A DNA stretch of 64,000 nt from Haliotis rubra. Its lineage: Eukaryota. The stretch covers positions 806,001-870,000 of the forward strand of contig NW_025766973.1 in NCBI RefSeq assembly GCF_003918875.1. The letters are read 5' to 3'. Both the position numbers and the translations under genes were made by a program. The notes under the pieces were generated by a model. That model saw nothing but the letters and a program-made list of their open reading frames with translations, did not search any database and was not told the origin of the DNA. Below are positions 1-11,100 of the stretch, in pieces. How positions within the stretch are numbered: position 1 is the first letter of the stretch; every line of letters begins with the position of its first letter.

Positions 1-413
1 ATGCTCGCGCAAGCGTAATCCGCCATCTCAGACACTAAAAGAACTGCACACATCACTTCAGCAAGAGTATCAAAACATTCCTCAAGACAGCATTCGGCAT
101 CCCTTTTCATCCATGGGCCGCCGCTACCAGGCTGTTATCGATACTCATGGTCGTCACACCAGATACTGGCAATTTACTCTGACCATAGTGACCAAGTGGT
201 TTTAAAAGCCCTCTGTGGTTTTACCAAATACTTTCTGGATAAAGATGTTTTGGAAATTTGCAAAGTGATGATTTTAATGTAATTGAGCAATGATGTCATG
301 TTTGAATCAGTTATATCAGGGAGACTCTATAAGTGTTGTAGAGTATCCCTGGTTATATGCACTCAGTAAATAAATTCCAAAACTGCATGCCAAGTTTCTT
401 TTATTGAAGAGTA
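1..413 (+). mobile_element. Tc1/mariner transposon relic (transposase C-terminus and right TIR)
   Basis: Frame from nt 8 reads RKRNPPSQTLKELHTSLQQEYQNIPQDSIRHPFSSMGRRYQAVIDTHGRHTRY, a typical Tc1 C-terminus (GGHTRY). The element ends in GTTTCTTTTATTGAAGAGTA followed by TA. Confidence 0.8.
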
Positions 414-899
414 TATATCAAACCGATATCTTGAAAGTAACGTTAATCAGGCGGTATAATGACCGATAAAGAAACAAACAGTAAATCGGTATGTCTAATG
501 TTCGACCGTTTCAGAAATCGTTACTCAGATACTCAACGCATTATCTTTTTTGATAAAATAACGACAAATTTAAAGTAATGACGGACGTAGAAATCAAATA
601 TATCGTTGTGATAGCTTCCTTAAGAATCATAAGGATATAATTAGCGTTCATATTCTACAGCAACAAACAGCCTAAATACAACTTTCGGATTTGTTTTTTA
701 CTTGGATCGATGAGCATGCTGTTGATCTCTGGATTGTCTGGTCCAGTCTCCAGCATCACGAGCAATATGTGGATTTAGGATGCTTCCCTATCCGAGATTT
801 TATAATCAATATCACTACAACGCCAACGTAATCATTTAACCGTAACGACATCATCAACTACGTTTATCGAATATATTCTTTAGCGACCAGACGGTCATT

Positions 900-1097
900 A
901 CACGTTAGAGTTATACCCCTTTGTTTACGTCACCGGTTTACGTGCACATGTTCGGTTGTCAAGATCAACAATACAAAGCTTGGCTTGTAAATCGGATTTG
1001 TTTTACTGTGTTCTCTTCTCTGAAACTTCAATAACACGGATACAATTCAGATGTAAGCTGTCTGCAACGCATTTACACAATCGTGAACATTGCAAAG
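900..1097 (+). promoter_or_regulatory. Putative promoter and non-coding first exon of PPP1R32
   Basis: CpG-richer stretch, forkhead motif TGTTTAC 922-928, imperfect X-box-like GTTGTCAAGATCAAC 955-969, donor AAG|GTAAAT at 1097/1098. The next exon has an acceptor (1889/1890) upstream of its ATG, so an upstream exon is needed. Confidence 0.4.
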
Positions 1098-1913
1098 GTA
1101 AATAGATACAAGCGTAGTCGTCGGAACATTAAATTGATTGATTCACCGCCCGTAAATGAGTGTATGTCAATAGAAATTGTTCATAATGGAAAAAGAAAAA
1201 GTCCTGTTTCTGTCAGATTGTTAAAACGCTCTTTGCGCTTTCTTTAATATGCATATACACATCATATCACATCTCAGATCAATGTTGTAATATGTTACTT
1301 TGTTTGAGTGAGGCTTCGTTCATTTACAATTAAGCTTGACGAACTTCATGCACGATGATTTTTGATATTTTCTTATGATTTCAATTTTTCATTCATTTGT
1401 GTGAATGTAGATGAAATATTTTGTATGAAGTGTAATTCTATTTATTTTGAGGCGCATTGTTATATTTCTAAGCAGGATATAATTTCTTGGAGAGGCCATA
1501 TAATATTATATTGTCATGAGTATATGGATCCATTTGATACATTGAAATGCTGCAGTGACACTTAAAACATGATAAAAAGTTGCAGTCATGAATATTATTT
1601 TGTGGTATTAAATAGCAAGACTGAGAAAAATAAAATGTTTTTTTGTACACAACATATGTTACTCTCACAATTGTATTGACAGATTATCATATACAGCATT
1701 TTACCAAACACCTCACTTCCTTTTGACATTCCAGTGTTTCTATAGCAACAGAAGGTGTTTTGATTCTGGTAATATTTTGCCATATACTTCTGGTTTCCAA
1801 ATGAATTCAAAAACAATTGTCAGTTTTACTTTCTGTGAAGTACTTTAATTGTTTGTTGAGCATTAATTGACAACTGATCCTTTTTTCAGTGAAAAAACCT
1901 GATAATATTCAAA

Positions 1914-2143
1914 ATGGGTCCACTGCCAAAAGGTAGCAGGAACGTCCACATCAACAAGAGTCATGGTCCTGACACCAACATGATGAAGTTCTACGTTACC
2001 CAGAATTCCACCACATACGGCAGATTCTGGGACAACTACAAGCCAAGGCAAGGTCGCCACACTGGGACTGGCTACAAATCCAACTTCCGCCCCTCCGTGT
2101 ACTACAGCCAAAGATTAGATGAAGTTGATAATCCTGTCATGGG
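1914..2143 (+). CDS. PPP1R32: PPP1R32 coding exon 1
   Basis: ATG 1914; acceptor TTTTTTCAG ending 1889; donor GG|GTGAGC. Confidence 0.9.
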
Positions 2144-5100
2144 GTGAGCTTCTTTAAGTGTTTGTTGTTTAACACCGCACTCTGAGTGAATCTTTGTTCC
2201 AGCTATATGGCAGAGGTCTGTAAATATTCGAGTCTGGACCAGACAATCCAGTGATCAACATCATGAGCATCGATCTACGCAATAGGGATGCAGGGGGTCA
2301 AACGAGTCTGTGAGTCTGACCACCCAATCCCATTAGTTGTCTCTTACGACAAGCATGGGCTGCTGAAGATCTGTTCTAGCAAAGATCTTCATGGGTCTCT
2401 TTAAGTGGATATCAGAGGATGTAGTTACAAAAATGTACTGTTTACTTCATGACAAACATTTGAAATAAAACCTTACATGTACTTTTTTATTTTCATATAT
2501 GTAGACAAACAGTCAAGTACTTTTTATAAGTGTTGTAATATTTTGCTGTACTGGACATTTGTCTACCAACGAGATATTAACTTTTAAACCACAAGAATTA
2601 TAGTTTGTCGTCTCCAACACCACTTAGTTTGTTAATCCCATATATATCAGATTATCTGTTGTTCCTTTTTGTGAGTAGATCATAATGTTATCAGTTATTC
2701 CCATTTGTAGGGAGGTAAATATTTTACAAATTACCCTTAGTCTTTTCTATAACATTATTGTAGTAATTTTTGAGAGCATATGCATATGTCTGGTTAGTCA
2801 TGTATCAAACTAAAAAGTGTGAATAAGCCAAGAAACTTAAACAAAAATCAGTAAGACTTTATGCAAATACTTTCTGTACCCCAAACCTATATGTGATGAT
2901 TCATTTTGAAACTTTCCATTTTCAGTCGCATCTGTGGAGACAATTATATAACTATGACAACAAAAGACTTCCAGCCCTACAAGGAGAACACTGGCATGGA
3001 GCCACTGCCTCAATCAACACATCACACAGGCTCAGGATTCGTCAGACAAAAAACCAATCACGAATCCTACTAATAGAGAGGTAAGTCAGGTGATACCTAG
3101 TTTCCTGTTGCTTTTTGATGAATTATGAGATTAGAATAAAATCAATTGTGATGTAAATGATGAAACTAGAGTAGTGTATGCCCTCTGTGAGTTCTTACTG
3201 TGCTCTGTTCGGATGTGCCTACCTGTACAATTTTGGATTTAAATATCTCACGTGCGATTTGGTGTATAAGTCTTGAGCAAAGCATTTATTGATTTATAAT
3301 TTTGTCATGACTTTTTTTAATATTCATTAAACTCACTTAAATAAACTTTTGCTGCTTTTGCAAATCATTATACAGTAAGATTTACTGTAAAGTCAGGTGG
3401 CAAATCTGAAATGTTTAGCCTTGAAACTATGGCTTCTTGTTGATCTGACAGGCTTGTCTGTTTAGTCATCTTCATAGAGATTATAGTACATTGCTAAATA
3501 GAATAGTTCATTCTTAAATTGCATAACTTTTAAAGTGAATTTATTTAAGAAGACTCCAAATGTTATCTAGTATATCTATTCACTAAAAGAGATTAGTTTC
3601 ATGAACTAACCATAGTCTCTTAGCAAAGAGAAATCTTCAAAATAGATTAGCATCAAATCAGGATGAACATTGATTACAGTAGAATAGATTTTCCAAGATT
3701 ATTTTTCGTCTCCTTTAGATAGTTAAAACAGTATATAGAATCTTTTATTGAAGTTTCTTTTAAGCAAAGGTCGTTCCTGTTTTTTCTGAGTGATTGTTCA
3801 AATTGTAAGTGAAACATTTGTGCATATTTTAAACAAAATGTTTCCAGTTCCTCATACTTGACATGAGTTGGGACTGGAATGGTGATTGGGTTGTGAGCGT
3901 GGCCAGTACTTCAGTGGCTGATCGTCACTCACTCACTTTCATTTTAATGAGTCAGGAACCTGTTTGATTGTTTGAAGCCATCAAACAAACTCACTCAGTA
4001 ACTCATCATGGTTTTCAATACCACTTCTCTTGATGACTACGTTTGATGAGTATCTTTGGAAATGTCGTTACAGTATCAACCACTGGTTTGTCTAGTTCAG
4101 GATCAAACACATCTTTAGCTGTGCAGACAATGACTCATTAGTCAATGCATTATCCATTATGGCATGTAATCAGTCACCGGATTATAGAAAAAGAATGAAA
4201 TAGTTTATTTAAATGGGAATGTACCTTTGTTTCTGTCTTAATACTGCCCTCTGCTGCTCTATAATGCTTTGTCTGTCTCTCCACCTGCTCTGTAGGTGCA
4301 AGGTGTTTTTGTAGACACTCGTGCGGCAAGTGCGCCAGCAGACATCTTGCCACGAGGCAAACCTCTTCTTCACAAACTCAAGCCTAAGGACCCTGTTGAG
4401 CTTGAAAACAATGGCTATGTAAGTAGTGAGGTGCTTCCTCAGGCTTAGAAATAATTGTGAACATTTTTTCATTGAACACAGGGCTCCAGAAATATTTTTT
4501 CGAACCATTTTACTCACAAATTTTCATTCACAGTGCAAGAAACCATATGCAGATAAACATGCAATATTATAGTACAGTACATTGAAATGGCATGTGTGAT
4601 GCCTGTATGTAAAAATCTTTAAAGAATCACAGTCACTCAAGCTGAAAAAGATATAGCAGTAAGTACATAGAGTGCAGTTATGTTATTAGTTTGAAACAAG
4701 AAATTAATGAGTATTTGTATGCAAACGATTCAAAATGAATTATTTGTTGTATATACACAACTTCAGGGTGCCATTGTACCAAGGGATCTTAATGCTATGG
4801 TGATCATAACTCCCACACCTTATCATAGCCTAACGACAGGTAGATAACAGTAATAGTAGTTGCTGAGTCTATACAGAATAATCTTAATCCTAGTCTGTCA
4901 CTTGGTCGGATTACAAGACTTTGTTGAAATAACTCTCTTTGGATGAGAAAAGCCACCATTTCACACACGGATAAGATTTAGATTCCTGTCTGAAGTTGTG
5001 TCACATCCACCTTTTCCAACTTCAGACTTTGGCAGAAACGAAATCCAACATTTATAGACATGATGACCAAATTAAAATGCTGGTAAAGTTGACTTTTGTT

Positions 5101-8100
5101 GCTGTGGTTCCTTGAATTGCCACAGGAGGCAACAAAACATGATCGGGTGGTCTGAAGTTTGCTCCCAATTACTTAGATCGATGCTCATGCTGTTGATCAC
5201 TGGATTTTCTGGTCCAGACTCACTCTACCACAATTTAGTTGGAATATTGCTGAGTGCGGCATTAAACAACTAACAAACAAGCAATAGAAAAGTAGAACTG
5301 GCAAGTCATTTAAGATTTTATAAAAACAATATGAAATTGCATCCCTGCATAAATCTTCACTAGGGATGTCTATTTGCATTATTCATAAAGGACAGACAAC
5401 CTGATTTTTGCAAAAAAAACATCAATAAGCCATAAATAAATCCAGTTTGTTTGATCATTCAGGGTCCCAAATCCATGGTGTCGGAAACACATGAGCGGTT
5501 CAAAGGTCAACAAGGCAATCACTGTAAGTTATACATCATTGTATTCCAGGGCTCCTAGACAGATAGCATGTTCCTTTCTCTTTTGACTGAGTATAATTTA
5601 GTTTGAATTTATCATCAGCGATTTTTCAGCCATGTAGCAATGAGACCAAGTTCGTATTTTTGATTTGAGTGAGTCTGTCTGTCATAAAGTTGCAAACTTT
5701 AAATGTGAACGTATGTTACACATGATGTCTGTGTTTAAATCTGGATTAAAGACGTACCTCTTCTGACGCTACCACTAATTGCAACACTGTCTTTACTGTT
5801 GTCTGCCTTGTGTATGTATGTATATGTATACGGTATATGCTATGATGTGCTTTGAGCATGTCCCTCGGTGATGTGAACTAGCGCTATACAAATATCCTTA
5901 TTGTTATTATAATCCTGGGCAGTGGGGTAGCCTAGTGGTTAAAGCGTTCGCTCGTCACGCCGAAGACCGGGGTTCAATTCCCCACATGGGTACAATGTGT
6001 GAAGCCCATTTCTGTTGTCCCCTGCCGTGATATTGCTGGAATATTGCTAAAAGCGGCGTAAAACCAAACTCACTCACTCACTATTATAATCCTGATACTG
6101 ATGGGTCCCTGCCCCTTCCTTACATGTTAACTGTGCCCTTGGTCAAGTAACTTCCAACCTCGGGTATGTGTGCCACCTCTGACTTTTCCAAGTGGATCAA
6201 GATCGGGATCTGCCTCTGGACAGCAGATGTGTTCTGTCATAAATATGGCAGTTTTTGGCACAAACAAGTTTTTGCAGTGAAATCTTGTCTCTCCTTGATT
6301 GCTATTGAAAGTGTCTGTATCAGTCACATAAATATCAGATCTTACACATTAATCAGATGTCTTATTTCTAAAACCATAGACTATATTCTGATATATAGTA
6401 TTCTATGGTGCCATAACCGACAGTGCAGTGACTTCCTGTGGACACTCTAGTAACCTTATGGACAAGGTTGAAATCCTGGGGTTGCCCCAATTATGTCTTT
6501 TGCTTTGTCAGTACTAAACACATTATCATGGATTTCACCAATTTATAGGTTGAAGACCCCAGAGGTTCTTGGCTGAAATGCTGTGGATACTCAACTACTG
6601 TTAATGGTGGTGGATGCAGTAACCGTCAAAATACATCTGATTGCCTGTATTCCTTCTGATTTGTCTTTGCATTTCAGCATATTGTAAAGTTGCAGTCAGT
6701 TGAATCTGTGGATGAGGTAATAACCTGAAGATGGGAATATCCTTGTGTGTTTCAGTGGACCCGAATCAGCTGACCGTGGGGCCACAGCAGGACACTGGAT
6801 TCACCCACAGCTACAGTGTGGAGCCTGTCACATACCAGCCAATGTCAGCCTTCAAGAATGAGCAGCCTGTATGTGGAGTTTTGTTCCTATTACCCAGAAG
6901 GGTTGCCTCAGTGATTGTATATCTTTCCTGTTCTTTAGATATTGACTTGTCCCCAAATAGAGCTGTCCGACAGTAATCATAGTAGATACAGGCTCCTAAA
7001 GTAGAGTTATTTGACTTAAGCTTGAGACTGGTAGCTAAGATCCACAAACTGATGTTAGAAAATATTAATAGAACTCAGATTGACTTCAGTGAAGTTCCTT
7101 AAAATGAATTATTTTCATCTCTGGTAAAAATTCTTCCTTAGAGTGGGTAATTTGCATAAGGAAATACAGTGTTCAAAATTATACAACAGTTGAGGGGCTC
7201 TGGTGATAACCCTGAAGGGAAAAGTTTAAAATCATATGGGTACTTGATTCATTTACCATAAGATCAAGTCTCAGATACCACAAGGGGCTTCTTATATTGG
7301 AACAATAGCATTACAAAGATTGTATTGGTGAAAACTTATATTGCCAGATCATCTATCCCTTGTAAATAATTGATATAAGTCCAACCACGACAGTTCATGA
7401 CACCCAGAATGATTCAAGTGTAACAGATGATTTATCATTCCCCCCAGTTTGTTAGGTTTCTCTATGCCACCTTGGAACAGCATACCTCTGCTTGTTGGCA
7501 GTACCAGTGGTAACCATAGCAGACTTGATTTCCTTTGGGCAGACATGTCAGAATATTATTTAATTACCATTCAAAGCGACGTAAAACCCAACCCAGTCAC
7601 TCACACAATGTCATGGGGATATTTCAGGGCAGTTGAAATATGACATTGCTCAAGGTAGTGTGTTTTATAAAAAGTATGTAATATCCTAACAAAGTTTAAT
7701 TTTTAACAAGTTTCTATGTTACTTACAGGGTTATTTCACAAATCGTCCTACTGGCATCAGCGTCATGAAGACCAGCTTCCTCCCCACAGAATACCCCAGG
7801 GTAAGCATCCTTCGTATTACACTTGTCAGAATCCTATATGTCTGTTATGGTTTTGTGATATGATGTGTGCATCAAGGGGAGTAACTCTTCATTACAAGTG
7901 TTTTCATATCCCATTTACATTTATGTATGTTAGTATGTCATAATGTTTGGAGTTGAAACTATTTCTAAAAAAACTGTTCCATATGTCAATAATGGTGAGG
8001 TTTAACGTCTTGCTTGAGAATATTTCGCTCATATATGACGACGTGCATGCGTGTGTACCGTATATGACCGTCTATAAGACGATCCCATGGATAAGACGAC

Positions 8101-11100
8101 CCCCAAACTTGACCCTTAAAATCAGTGTCAAAATGGTATGTTTCGTGCATAAGTCGATCCCCCGCGATGGGGTCCTAATCGCGGCAAACACAGACAACTG
8201 GCAGTTACCAATAATTATAACTTTGGTCCACATTATTCAAAGAATTCACTGTCATATATATTGTGTCTACTCACGGATCGAAACGAAGTGTAGTTGACAG
8301 AAAATGCATAATATAGATTCTCTAAATATCATATTTATTGTAGCAACAAATTGGCTTGCTTATTTTACCCCATTCAACAATCATGAACTGATAACCGCCT
8401 CATTTTCCATTGACTGCTAGTTTACAATAACATCGGTAAAAATGTGTGAATTTAAATGGCTTCCGTATTTTACCCCATTCCATGTCATGTGCTTACCACG
8501 TTCATGAGGGTCCGTATAACCTTAGTGTTGATTATATATATTTTACATGAAAACTATTACACAATGCTAGGATATATTTCTTTGGGTTAAATAATAGTAT
8601 TCAATCAATAGAATTCATCCCGTTATATCATTGTGCATGTTTGAACTTGTTCGCGGGGAAACGTGTGCACAGCTGATTGCTATTTCCGGCTTTGTGTACG
8701 AGACAAATACGCACGGTAATCTTAATTAATTTATAGAGCAAAACTGTAACTAAAATTACACAATGCTAGGATATATTTCTTTGGGTTAAATAACGGTATT
8801 CTGTATTATATTTTACTGATGACTGCGCCAGAATTCGCCCCGTATATATTATTGTGCACGCTTTGAACTTGTTCGCCGGAAACGTGTGCACAGCTGATTG
8901 CTATTTCCGGCTTTGTGTAATGGAGACAAACACGCGACGGTAATCTTAATCCCTGCAAATAATACAATGCCCAGCAAAACAACTTATAACTTAAAAGGTA
9001 AATAATCTTGTCTAGTGATGTTTAATTGCAAATTTGATGTCTCTACTGACAAAGTCGTCTTCTGTTGTTTGTTCACGCGAAGTGATACGATGTTGTTTTC
9101 TTACCCCTGGAAAAAAGTTTGACGAAAGCGTAACCCATGGATAAGACGACCCCCTTCTACAGACTGCTTTTTTTGGTCCTCAAAATTCGGCTTATAGACG
9201 GTCATATACGGTATGTGTATGTGCGGCTGCTTGTACTAGCCCAGACTGAAGCTGGTTTTATAGTGCTAGCCCACTGAGATACCATGCCGCATTGAAGAAT
9301 GAATACCCCACTCAGACACATTATACTGACTCCGAGCCGACCAGTCCTTGTTGTACCCATTAATCCCGAGCGCCAGGCAGGGACCAACAAGTACCATATT
9401 TTAACGTCTTTTGGTATGACGCAGTCGGGGGACGAACCCGCGACCTTCTGCTCTCCGGGCGGACGATCTTAACCACTACACCACGGAGGCGGTCTTACAT
9501 CTTAAAAGATGTAATACCAGTAAGTCATGATGCTGACCAACACTGACATAAAAGTCGTTTGTTTACAGTTCACAGAGACAAACTGATCTTTAACTCTTTG
9601 AAATGTATACAAGTATACTGTTGTTTATGTATATCTGTACATTTTCAGGGTAAGGAACCACTGCCAAACTTAGCAGCACCATCAGACCATGACTCTGGGT
9701 TCACCCGGGAGAGAGCCAAGCCCTTGTATGTCCACAGACGGATGGGAGATGTGAGTACTGGCTCTAAAACACTGTGGAAATGGGAGATATTGAGGATATT
9801 ATATGAGTGCCCATGTCATACTATGTTAACGACACGAGTGCCTACATGTTGGTATTCCCCGAGCGAGATCGAGAGATATACCAATATTTAGGCACGGGTG
9901 TCATAATCATAGTATGATATGGGCATGATTATAATGATCTATTTATTACTGGAGTCGTCAAATTGAGGAAAATAAACCCAAATCTACTTTCAAACATAGG
10001 CTGGCTACCCGCCATTGCCGCATGTAGAAAGCAACATCATAGAGGACTGGGCCTAGATTTTCGAAGCTCTCTTCGCTAAGATAGTCGTAAGTTGATGTTA
10101 ATGTACGGCACTTACAACTATCTTAGCGCTAAGATAGCTTAAAAAATCTAGGCCCTGGTGATGATTTTAAGAGGGCGTCACCCGTTTTGTTCTTATGGGG
10201 GGTGAGGTGGGGGGGTGGAGGTTCAGACATTTGTGAGATCACAAAATATCTCATGTTCACTGAATGAAGGTTCCGCCTGTTACAGGAAGAACTACTTATG
10301 GAAAGTGCCCCTTTAATTAGTTACTGTAAGGTAAAGTTGGAAGTCCATTATTTATATAGATGTCACATATGTTTGTTACAGGCGTATGACAAGGCTGGCG
10401 ATATCCCCAACATGAAGCTGGACAAAACATTGAAGAGGGACCCCACAGAGTTCATCAACATGCATCACCCAGACAACCACTCCAGGTCAGTACATGACAG
10501 TATTTTACGGTATTTGACTGTTCATTCCAGTACATGTCAGTACATGCCAGTTACATGTCAGTACATGCCAGTACAAGCTAGTACAAGCCTGTACATGTCA
10601 GTACATGCCAGTACAAGCCGGTACATGTCGGTACATGTCAGTACATGCCAGTACAAGCCAGTACATGTCAGTACAAGCCAGTTCATTGTCAGTACAAGCC
10701 AGTACATGTCAGTACAAGCCAGTAGATGTCAGTACAAGCCAGTACATGCCAGTACAAGCCAGTACATGTCAGTACATGACAGTACATGCCATTATTAACA
10801 AAATATTCTGTTCATGTCCCCAGTGTGTCGATGAACGTGTACCGCGGTCTACAGAACCCTCCACCAAGTGAGGCTGGACGTCTCGGCCGGACAGCTACAG
10901 GGCAACAGGAAGCATCTGGCTACAGCAACAACAGTGACCGGTTCATCCAGACATCGGATGACCCACGGAGGTTCCTCACACATTACATGACCAGGTAGAG
11001 CAGTCTGTGGCTTGACGCACCAGCCCATAATCAAATGGTTTTCAGTCACGTAGGCTACACATCCCATCTGAAAATGGTCAGGGAAGACAGTTTCAGACTG

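Noticed and set aside
5916-5990. tRNA genes at family A heads
   Set aside because: The heads run into a common SINE body with tail and TSDs, in many diverged copies.
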